A DNA stretch of 51,271 bases from Alphaproteobacteria bacterium CG_4_10_14_0_8_um_filter_53_9. Its GTDB lineage: Bacteria; Pseudomonadota; Alphaproteobacteria; UBA2136; UBA6156. A program made the translations under genes and the position numbers. The notes under the pieces were generated by a model, which was given only the letters and a program-made list of their open reading frames with translations, had not been told where the DNA came from and did not search any database. Positions 9,234-16,577 of this stretch are shown in pieces; the stretch's first letter is position 1; each line of letters starts with the position of its first letter. Location of the stretch: positions 1-51,271 of the forward strand of contig PFND01000048.1 in NCBI GenBank assembly GCA_002791805.1. Reading direction: 5' to 3'.

Positions 9234-10391
9234 TTATTTGAATAAATCTTTCAGCCGGGAAAGGAACGATTCTTCTCTGCTGGAGCTGGCGAGGCCAGAG
9301 GCGGCGAGATCTTCCACCAACTTCTTCTGCTCCTTATTAAGCTTTTGGGGCAGCGTTACAGTGTAGTGCACCACCAGATTGCCTTTGCGGGTGGGGCGGC
9401 CGAGCTCGGGCATGCCTTCTCCACTTAAAATTTGGGAGCTGCCCGGCTGGGTGCCCGGCTGGACTTTTACTTTCAGCTTTTCTCCCGAGAGGGTGGGGAG
9501 AGTTATTTCTGTCCCCAAAATAGCATCTGTAAACTTGAGCGGAACATCCACATGGAGGGTGCTGCCTTCTCTCTTGTACAGAGGGTGGGGTGATACTGTG
9601 ATAAAGACATATAAATCTCCTGCGGGGCCGCCGTGTGTGCCGGCTTCGCCCTCTCCTGTGAGGCGGAGGCGTGTGCCGTTATCTACCCCTGGGGGTACGG
9701 TGACATTAAGTTTACGCTCTTTAACTTTGCGGCCTGCACCGTGACAATCGGGACATTTTTCTTTAATGATTTCGCCGCGGCCGCCACACTCCGGACAGGT
9801 GCGGGCCATGCTGAAAAAGCCCTGACGGAACTGTACCTGACCTGCGCCATGACAGGTGCTGCATGTGGTGGGAGAGGTGCCCTCTTTTGCGCCGCTGCCT
9901 TTACAGGTTTTACATGCCCCTGCCGCAGGAAAATGAATGGTGGTGGAGAGGCCTTCTGCCGCTTGGGTGAGGGAGACTTCCAGATTATACCGAAGATCGG
10001 CCCCTTGCTGCCTGAAGGAACTGCGCGGTGCGCCGCCAGCGTGTCCCCCCATGCCTTGGCCAAAGACGCCGCCCAGAATATCCTCAAACAGATCTTCAAA
10101 ATTACCTGAAAACTCAAAACCGCCGCTGTTGGCGCCTGCCCCAAAGCCCCTGGCGCCCGGGCCGCCCCCTTGGCCGAAAGCGGCGCTGCCGAACCTATCG
10201 TACGCGGCCTTTTTTTGAGGGTCTTTTAAAACTTCATACGCGGCGCTGAGCTCTTTGAATTTTTTCTCGGCCTCGGCATCGCCCGCATTTTTATCCGGGT
10301 GAAACTTCATGGCGAGTTTGCGGTAGGCGCTTTTTATCTCGGCATCTGAGGCCGATTTTGAGACGCCGAGGGTGCTGTATGGATCGTTCAT
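9234..10391 (-). CDS. dnaJ: Chaperone DnaJ
   Basis: J-domain with HPDKN, a G/F-rich linker and four CxxCxGxG zinc-finger repeats. Confidence 0.95.
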   Translation of the reverse strand: MNDPYSTLGVSKSASDAEIKSAYRKLAMKFHPDKNAGDAEAEKKFKELSAAYEVLKDPQKKAAYDRFGSAAFGQGGGPGARGFGAGANSGGFEFSGNFEDLFEDILGGVFGQGMGGHAGGAPRSSFRQQGADLRYNLEVSLTQAAEGLSTTIHFPAAGACKTCKGSGAKEGTSPTTCSTCHGAGQVQFRQGFFSMARTCPECGGRGEIIKEKCPDCHGAGRKVKERKLNVTVPPGVDNGTRLRLTGEGEAGTHGGPAGDLYVFITVSPHPLYKREGSTLHVDVPLKFTDAILGTEITLPTLSGEKLKVKVQPGTQPGSSQILSGEGMPELGRPTRKGNLVVHYTVTLPQKLNKEQKKLVEDLAASGLASSSREESFLSRLKDLFK

Positions 10392-10428
10392 TTGGCACTT
10401 TTATAGGTGGAGTGACAGAGGACGTCAA
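10392..10428 (-). promoter_or_regulatory. dnaJ promoter (TTGACG-N17-TATAAA-N8-ATG) overlapped by a weak CIRCE-like inverted repeat
   Basis: On the minus strand the -35 is at 10428..10423 and the -10 at 10405..10400. The plus strand reads TTGGCACTT-N9-GAGTGACAG at 10392..10418. There is no SD before the ATG. Confidence 0.45.
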
Positions 10429-10469
10429 GGGGGGTGAGGGCCACAAAGCGCGACGGTGCGTTAAGGCAG

Positions 10470-11108
10470 CTACTTGCCGTAAGTACCATCTTTAAAGGTG
10501 CTGGGGCCTTTGAGGAACCAATCCCATGGTTTGACTTTGCCTGAGATGATGGCATCGAACACTTTTTCTCCGCTTTTGGTGCGGAGCGTGTCTTTGCGAA
10601 TTTTCATAATATCTGCTTGTGTGGTTGCAAGATAGGTGCTGCCGCGTTGGGTGATTTCGGTCAGTTCCAGCACGGCATCCAGAATATCCGCATCTTTCAC
10701 GCATTTGGCCTCGGGTGAGGACTTATCCTTATACTCTTTATAGAGCCGGAGACCCAGGTTCTCCAAAGGTGTGCCGGAGAAGGTGTCGTTCACGGCTTTT
10801 TCTCCGTCGATCTTCACATAGGGTTTTTGGTAGGGCGTGAGATCCATCGCGCGGATTTCGTCGGTATCGTGCACCATGGAAATGACGGCGGCTTTAAAGG
10901 GATCGACGCCTTCCATCTCTGCCAGAAGCATCGCCAGAAAGGTGACGCGGTAGCAATGCTCGGCCACGTTGGCCATATTCTCTTGCAGATTATTTTCCCA
11001 TGCGCGGGGGCGGAAGCGGGCGGCGCCGATTTCGTATGCGAATAAAAGGATGCGCTCTATGGGTGAGATTTGAGGGAGATCGTCTATCAGATTGGGTTGT
11101 GAACTCAT
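10470..11108 (-). CDS. HD-domain phosphohydrolase (YfbR-like 5'-nucleotidase class)
   Basis: Carries the H...HD...D pattern (AEHCYRV...MVHDTDE...KDADILD). Confidence 0.65.
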   Translation of the reverse strand: MSSQPNLIDDLPQISPIERILLFAYEIGAARFRPRAWENNLQENMANVAEHCYRVTFLAMLLAEMEGVDPFKAAVISMVHDTDEIRAMDLTPYQKPYVKIDGEKAVNDTFSGTPLENLGLRLYKEYKDKSSPEAKCVKDADILDAVLELTEITQRGSTYLATTQADIMKIRKDTLRTKSGEKVFDAIISGKVKPWDWFLKGPSTFKDGTYGK

Positions 11109-11115
11109 GGTTTTT

Positions 11116-11562
11116 TTAATACTCCGTTTCTCTTGAATATACCCAGTTATTTCTAAAAGGCGAGCCGTTTATAATGGAGGTGGGCTTTGTGAGGCGAATC
11201 GCGTTTTCCCGGCTGCGTACCGGAAAGCGAAGGCCGCCGCCTGTGCGGCTGATGGTGGCATCCGGATTGTAGGCCATGGTGACGTTTTTACAGTGGCGAG
11301 GGCGACGCTCGTAATTGCCGCAGGGCGGTGTTTGATAGGAGGTGGCTTGTGTTTGGGCGGGGCGAGATACGGGGCGTGCACCTGTACGATCTATATAGGC
11401 AGGGCCGCTGCCGCCGCCGATTTTGCTTACGTAGCCGCCCCCGCGAAAATAGATACCGTAACCCCCACCTGAAGAATAATGAGACATATAGGTGACCGCA
11501 TGCGCCGCTTGTCCTCCCGCAAAGGAGAGGAGGATAGTGAGAAGGGCTGTGCGCGGGAACAT
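11116..11562 (-). CDS. Secreted Gly-rich hypothetical protein
   Basis: I prefer the start at 11562 (MFPRTALLTILLSFAGGQAAHA signal peptide). The promoter TTGAAA-N17-TATACA ends 7 nt before that ATG. Confidence 0.55.
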   Translation of the reverse strand: MFPRTALLTILLSFAGGQAAHAVTYMSHYSSGGGYGIYFRGGGYVSKIGGGSGPAYIDRTGARPVSRPAQTQATSYQTPPCGNYERRPRHCKNVTMAYNPDATISRTGGGLRFPVRSRENAIRLTKPTSIINGSPFRNNWVYSRETEY

Positions 11563-11569
11563 GAGGGTG

Positions 11570-11598
11570 TGTATACGCTGTGTAAAAAGGATTTTCAA
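11570..11598 (-). promoter_or_regulatory. Sigma70-type promoter, leaderless configuration
   Basis: On the minus strand TTGAAA (11598..11593), 17-nt spacer, TATACA (11575..11570), then 7 nt to the ATG at 11562. Confidence 0.45.
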
Positions 11599-11644
11599 CC
11601 CATGGTGCGTGGATTTGATGCGATTTTTATGTTACCCAGACGCT

Positions 11645-12340
11645 ATGAGTGTACGCGAAATTGTTTTGGATACGGAGACCACGGGTTTTGCCGTGGAAGA
11701 CCACCGTATTGTGGAGATTGGTTGCCTTGAGCTGATGAATGGCCTGCCCACGGGCCAGACCTACCATGTGTACCTTAACCCTGAGCGTGAGATTGATTTT
11801 TCTGCCACTCGTGTGCACGGCATTACCAATGAACAGGTGGCTGATGCCGCCAAGTTTGCCGACATTGCCGACGCTTTTTTGGACTTTTTGGGTGACGGGC
11901 GTCTGGTTATTCATAATGCTGAGTTTGATATGGCCTTTTTGAACATGGAGCTGGGCCGGTGCGGTTTGCCCATGATTGCCAATGATGTGGTGGATACGCT
12001 GGCGGTGGCCCGCCAGAAGCTGCCCGGACAGCGGCACAACCTTGATGCCCTGTGCCGCCATTTTAATGTAGACAACAGCGGGCGAGCTTTCCATGGAGCT
12101 TTGCTGGATGCCCAGCTTTTGGCGGATGTTTACATTGAGCTTAACGGAGGCTTGCAGGGAGCTCTGGTGCTGGAAGCTGCACAGGTGGCAGGAGGGGCCT
12201 ACGAGTCACAGGTGACACCTTTTGTGGCAGAGGACTTTGTGGTGAGGGGCGCGCGTGAAGATGAGATTTTGCGGCATCAAACCTTTTTAGAACAAAAAGT
12301 TAAAGGGGCTTTGTGGCTGGCGGCGCCTGAGAAACCCTAA
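11645..12340 (+). CDS. dnaQ: DNA polymerase III epsilon subunit (3'-5' exonuclease)
   Basis: Exo motifs DTETTG, HNAEFDMAFL and HGALLDAQLLADVY. I prefer the ATG at 11645 (MSVREIVLDTETTG) because the longer ORF overlaps the divergent gene. Confidence 0.9.
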   Translation: MSVREIVLDTETTGFAVEDHRIVEIGCLELMNGLPTGQTYHVYLNPEREIDFSATRVHGITNEQVADAAKFADIADAFLDFLGDGRLVIHNAEFDMAFLNMELGRCGLPMIANDVVDTLAVARQKLPGQRHNLDALCRHFNVDNSGRAFHGALLDAQLLADVYIELNGGLQGALVLEAAQVAGGAYESQVTPFVAEDFVVRGAREDEILRHQTFLEQKVKGALWLAAPEKP

Positions 12341-12432
12341 AAAGATTATCGTTTTTATTAGTTTTTTTGGGAGGTATAAGGGGGAACTTCGTTATCGTTT
12401 TATTTCTTAACACTAACCCCATGGAGGTTTAC

Positions 12433-12732
12433 ATGGGACACCGGGACTTAGCGCTTGTGGACTTTTACACCGGCTTCAAGTGTGCTCAGCAGCTTGAAGT
12501 TGATGACCTTGAAGGTGTTGTGCGAGCACAAATTAAGGCTCGCCAGACGGCGAGTTTGCCTGTGGCTCTTGCTCCTACCGAAAGTGACATGGCTGCTATG
12601 AAAGCAGACTTGGAGCTGACTGGAACGACCAGCCATGGTATGGGTCATGTGACCTGCTGCGGAGGTTGTACAGCCCGCATGAGGCAGATTTGGCGAGATG
12701 TGGTGGCGGAAGCCGCGTCAGTTTCGCCGTGA
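12433..12732 (+). CDS. Hypothetical 99-aa protein (C-terminal CCGGC motif)
   Basis: GGAGG lies 5 nt upstream of the ATG at 12433, and a terminator follows directly. Confidence 0.45.
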   Translation: MGHRDLALVDFYTGFKCAQQLEVDDLEGVVRAQIKARQTASLPVALAPTESDMAAMKADLELTGTTSHGMGHVTCCGGCTARMRQIWRDVVAEAASVSP

Positions 12733-12752
12733 CTGATGCTTTTCGCGAATGT

Positions 12753-12790
12753 GGGGGCCGGACTTGTTCGGCCTCCCCCTTTTTATTTTA
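12753..12790 (+). terminator. Intrinsic terminator
   Basis: GGGGGCCG...CGGCCTCCCCC stem followed by TTTTTATTTT. Confidence 0.7.
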
Positions 12791-12802
12791 CAAGATTTGT
12801 TT

Positions 12803-12843
12803 TTATCACTCACTTGACATGAGTGATAGTGTGACGCTATATA
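12803..12843 (+). promoter_or_regulatory. hrcA promoter with CIRCE-like operator
   Basis: TTATCACTC-ACTTGACAT-GAGTGATAG at 12803..12829. The -35 TTGACA (12814..12819) lies inside the operator spacer. The -10 TATATA is at 12838..12843, 6 nt before the ATG at 12850. Confidence 0.65.
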
Positions 12844-12849
12844 CGTTTT

Positions 12850-13911
12850 ATGACTGGAAATAACGCCCTTCAGATTTCTGACCGCGCCAAACAGGTGCTC
12901 TCTCATGTTGTGGAAAGCTATGGTGCCAGCGGCGAACCCGTGGGCAGCAAAGCTTTGGTGGAAAGTGGAAAATACGCCTTGAGCGGGGCCAGCCTTAGAA
13001 ATGTGATGGCTGATTTGGAGCACATGGGCTTGCTCACCCACCCCCACACGAGTGCGGGACGCGTGCCCACCGAAGATGGTTACCGCTTTTATGCCCAAAA
13101 CCTGATGGTGACAGAGGCCCCTGACGAGGCGGTGAAGGCTGCCTTGCGTGAACAGCTCAACCCCAGCCGCAGCCTTGCTATTGTGGTTAAAAACCTTGGT
13201 GAAACTGTAAGCGCTGTCACCAACTGCGCTGCGATGATTACGGTGCCCAAGCGGGCCCATGACCCGCTGGAGCATATGGACTTCATCCGTCTTTCCGGTG
13301 ACCGTGTTTTGGTAATTATGGTGACCGAAGGCGGAGACATTGAAAACCGCATGATTGAAGTGCCCCCCTTTATTACCGAAGAAGATTTGCGCAAGGCGGC
13401 GATTGAGCTTAAGCCTGTGATGGTGGGCCATACTTTGGAAGAGGCTCGTGAGATGATGGTGAAAGCCATTGCCGAGCAAAAAGGCCAGGTTAACGCCATG
13501 ATTGACCAGATGATGAAGGCGGCCCATGAGTGGGGTCAGCCTGTAACCGCGGACGGCGCCATGGTGGTGGCGGGCAGTACGAACCTCTTCCAATACCCCG
13601 AGCTTGTGCGTGACCAGTTGCAAAAAATGGTGAAAACCTTTGAAGAAAAGCGTTTGCTTATGGCACTGGTGGAAGAGGTGCGCAGTGGCGACGGTGTGAA
13701 GATTTTTGTAGGCCGTGATGTGCCGCTGGCGGATGCCGGTGAATACTCGGTGGTGGCAGGAAATTTTGGTGACAAAACTAAAAAAGACGGCTTGATTGGG
13801 GCTATTGGTGTGATTGGGCCTCAGCGCATGAACTACAAAAAAACACGGGGCGTGGTGGATTTTACAAGCGGGCTTATGAATCAGTTTTTAAACGATAAAG
13901 AGGGAAAATAA
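12850..13911 (+). CDS. hrcA: Heat-inducible transcription repressor HrcA
   Basis: The N-terminal winged-helix region (RAKQVLSHVVESY...), the length, and its position directly upstream of grpE. Confidence 0.9.
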   Translation: MTGNNALQISDRAKQVLSHVVESYGASGEPVGSKALVESGKYALSGASLRNVMADLEHMGLLTHPHTSAGRVPTEDGYRFYAQNLMVTEAPDEAVKAALREQLNPSRSLAIVVKNLGETVSAVTNCAAMITVPKRAHDPLEHMDFIRLSGDRVLVIMVTEGGDIENRMIEVPPFITEEDLRKAAIELKPVMVGHTLEEAREMMVKAIAEQKGQVNAMIDQMMKAAHEWGQPVTADGAMVVAGSTNLFQYPELVRDQLQKMVKTFEEKRLLMALVEEVRSGDGVKIFVGRDVPLADAGEYSVVAGNFGDKTKKDGLIGAIGVIGPQRMNYKKTRGVVDFTSGLMNQFLNDKEGK

Positions 13912-13912
13912 T

Positions 13913-14446
13913 ATGACGGATGCGGAGATGCGCAAAGAGCCTTTGGGTGAACCTGTGAGTGCGGATGAGATGGTGGATGCCGTGACGGACGCTCCTGAAG
14001 AGGAAAACCTTGTGCAAGCCTTGCAAGCCGAGCTTGCCCAGACCAAAGATGCCATGCTGCGCGCGGTCGCTGAAGCCGAAAATGTACGTAAACGTGCGGC
14101 GACCGATATGGAAAATGCCCGCAAGTTTGCCTTGCAAAGTTTTGTGAAAGATCTTCTTCCTGTGGTGGACAACCTAGAGCGCGCTTTGAGCGCCGAGGCT
14201 GATGAAGGCGCCCTTAAAAAGGGTGTGGAGATGGTGCTGACGCAGCTTATCTCCTCCCTTAACCGTGTGGGCGTTGAAAAAGTGCCTGCAGAGGCTGGAA
14301 TGGCGCCCCACCACGACCAGCATCAGGTGATGCAGGTTGTGGAAGAGGGTGATGTGCAAAGTGGCCAGATTGTGGCTGTGATGCAGGCTGGGTATTCGCT
14401 TGCGGGACGTTTGGTTCGGCCGGCTTTGGTGGTGGTGAAACAGTAA
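13913..14446 (+). CDS. grpE: Nucleotide exchange factor GrpE
   Basis: RAVAEAENVRKR...FVKDLLPVVDNLERAL...GYSLAGRLVRPALV is the typical GrpE pattern. Confidence 0.93.
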   Translation: MTDAEMRKEPLGEPVSADEMVDAVTDAPEEENLVQALQAELAQTKDAMLRAVAEAENVRKRAATDMENARKFALQSFVKDLLPVVDNLERALSAEADEGALKKGVEMVLTQLISSLNRVGVEKVPAEAGMAPHHDQHQVMQVVEEGDVQSGQIVAVMQAGYSLAGRLVRPALVVVKQ

Positions 14447-14486
14447 GTTTACAAAGTAAAAATTAAGATAAAAAGGAGAGAAAAAA

Positions 14487-16418
14487 ATGAGCAAAGTTAT
14501 CGGAATTGACCTTGGGACCACCAACAGCTGTGTGGCCATTATGGATGGTAAAACCCAGAAGGTTCTGGAAAATAACGAAGGGGCGCGTACCACCCCCAGC
14601 ATTGTAGCTATTACCAAAGACGGTGAGCGTTTGGTGGGGCAGAGTGCGAAGCGTCAGGCCATTACCAACCACGAAAATACGTTGTTTGCGGTGAAGCGTC
14701 TTATTGGCCGCCGCTTTGATGACCCTATGGTGAAAAAAGCCATGGAGCACAGCCCCTTTAAGATTGTGAAAGCCGATAACGGCGATGCGTGGGTTGAAGT
14801 GCAGGGTGAGAAAAAATCTCCTTCCGAAATCTCGGCCATGATTCTCACCAAAATGAAGGAAACGGCTGAGAGCTATCTGGGCAGTAAAGTGACCCAGGCT
14901 GTGATTACGGTGCCTGCTTACTTTAACGATGCGCAGCGTCAGGCCACCAAGGATGCCGGGAAAATTGCCGGTTTGGATGTTCTGCGCCTTGTAAATGAGC
15001 CGACGGCTGCGGCCCTTGCTTATGGCTTTGGCGAAGACAGCAAAGACCATAAAACCATCATTGTTTACGACTTGGGCGGTGGGACGTTTGACGTGAGTGT
15101 GCTTGAGATTGGCGACGGCGTTGTGGAAGTAAAAGCCACCAACGGTGATACCTTTTTGGGTGGTGAAGACTTTGATGACCGCGTGATTGGCTACCTTGCC
15201 GATGAGTTTAAAAAAGAAAACGGCATGGACTTGCGCAAGGACAAGCTTGCTCTCCAGCGCCTTAAAGACGAAGCTGAGAAGGCAAAAAAAGAACTTTCTA
15301 CTGCGACGACGTATGAAGTGAACCTGCCCTTTATTACGGCGGATGCCAGCGGGCCCAAGCACCTGAATGTTAAAATGACACGTGCGAAGCTTGAAGAGCT
15401 GACGGAAGATCTTGTCAAAAAGACTCTTGAACCATGCAAACAGGCCCTTAAAGATGCGGGTGTGAAAGCCAGCGATGTGGATGAAGTGGTGCTTGTGGGC
15501 GGCCAGACGCGTATGCCTAAAGTGCAGGAAGTTGTAAAAAACTTCTTTGGTAAAGAGCCCCACAAAGGTGTGAACCCTGATGAAGTTGTGGCCATTGGTG
15601 CGGCCATTCAGGGTGGGATTTTGAAGGGTGACGTGAAGGATGTTCTTCTTTTGGACGTGACCCCGCTGAGCCTTGGGATTGAAACCCTTGGCGGTGTGAT
15701 GACGGCCCTTATTGACCGGAACACGACGATTCCGACCAAAAAATCTCAGGTTTTCAGCACGGCTGATGATAACCAGCCTGCGGTGACGATTAAAGTTTAC
15801 CAAGGGGAGCGCCCGATGGCGAATGACAACAAGCTGTTGGGTCAGTTTGACCTGACCGGTTTGCCGCCCGCCCCCCGCGGTGTGCCCCAAATTGAAGTGA
15901 CCTTTGATATTGATGCGAACGGGATTGTGAACGTGAGCGCTGCTGATAAAGGCACCGGCAAGAGCACCAACATTGTGATTAAAAGCGATGGTGGTTTAAG
16001 CGATGAAGACATTGAGCGCATGGTGAAAGATGCCGAAGCCAATGCCGAGGCTGATGCTCAGAAAAAAGCGGCCGTGGATGCCCGTAACAACGCAGAGGCA
16101 ACGGTACGCAGCACGGAAACGGCGCTTAAAGAGCATGGTGACAAAGTATCTGCCGATGTGAAAGCCAAGATTGAAGTTGCCCTTAAGGATGTGAAAGACC
16201 TTTTGGAAAATGAAGAGGCGGATACGGCTGAGCTGACTGCAAAAACCGAAGCGCTTACTGAAGCCAGTATGGAGCTTGGTAAAGCCATGTACGAAGATAT
16301 GGCCAAGCAACATGAAGCTTCCAGTGAATCATCCGATGCTGACGCATCTGATGCGACAGTGGATGCAGAGTTTTCTAAGGAAGACGACGAGGCTAAAGGA
16401 GACGGGAAGGCCGCTTAG
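14487..16418 (+). CDS. dnaK: Chaperone DnaK (Hsp70)
   Basis: [17 protein letters not shown] and the [10 protein letters not shown] signatures. SD is AAAGGAGAG. Confidence 0.98.
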   Translation: MSKVIGIDLGTTNSCVAIMDGKTQKVLENNEGARTTPSIVAITKDGERLVGQSAKRQAITNHENTLFAVKRLIGRRFDDPMVKKAMEHSPFKIVKADNGDAWVEVQGEKKSPSEISAMILTKMKETAESYLGSKVTQAVITVPAYFNDAQRQATKDAGKIAGLDVLRLVNEPTAAALAYGFGEDSKDHKTIIVYDLGGGTFDVSVLEIGDGVVEVKATNGDTFLGGEDFDDRVIGYLADEFKKENGMDLRKDKLALQRLKDEAEKAKKELSTATTYEVNLPFITADASGPKHLNVKMTRAKLEELTEDLVKKTLEPCKQALKDAGVKASDVDEVVLVGGQTRMPKVQEVVKNFFGKEPHKGVNPDEVVAIGAAIQGGILKGDVKDVLLLDVTPLSLGIETLGGVMTALIDRNTTIPTKKSQVFSTADDNQPAVTIKVYQGERPMANDNKLLGQFDLTGLPPAPRGVPQIEVTFDIDANGIVNVSAADKGTGKSTNIVIKSDGGLSDEDIERMVKDAEANAEADAQKKAAVDARNNAEATVRSTETALKEHGDKVSADVKAKIEVALKDVKDLLENEEADTAELTAKTEALTEASMELGKAMYEDMAKQHEASSESSDADASDATVDAEFSKEDDEAKGDGKAA

Positions 16419-16437
16419 GTTCCCCGCCGCTTTGCTA

Positions 16438-16463
16438 AGCCCCTTTTTGGAGGGGCTTTTTTT
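16438..16463 (+). terminator. Intrinsic terminator after dnaK
   Basis: AGCCCCT, loop TTTTGG, AGGGGCT, then a T7 run. Confidence 0.85.
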
Positions 16464-16577
16464 ATGAAAAGGCTTGTGAGCGGTATGGAGATGGTGTACA
16501 GACACGGTGTACGAGAGGCAAAAGCCGATGCTTTTTGTACGTTAGAACAACCTCGGCCTTGGAAAAAACGATTTATT

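Noticed and set aside
10400-10429. Sigma32 (RpoH) promoter reading upstream of dnaJ (CTTG-N18-CCTATAA)
   Set aside because: It is only a partial match with non-standard spacing. The same bases fit a sigma70-type TTGACG-N17-TATAAA much better.
12718-13623. 301-aa ORF antisense to hrcA
   Set aside because: It overlaps the well-supported hrcA gene and its promoter/operator. The translation is His-rich and not protein-like.
14463-15890. 475-aa ORF antisense to dnaK
   Set aside because: It lies fully inside dnaK on the opposite strand. The translation is Arg/His/Phe-rich with no motifs. This is a typical shadow frame of a highly conserved gene.
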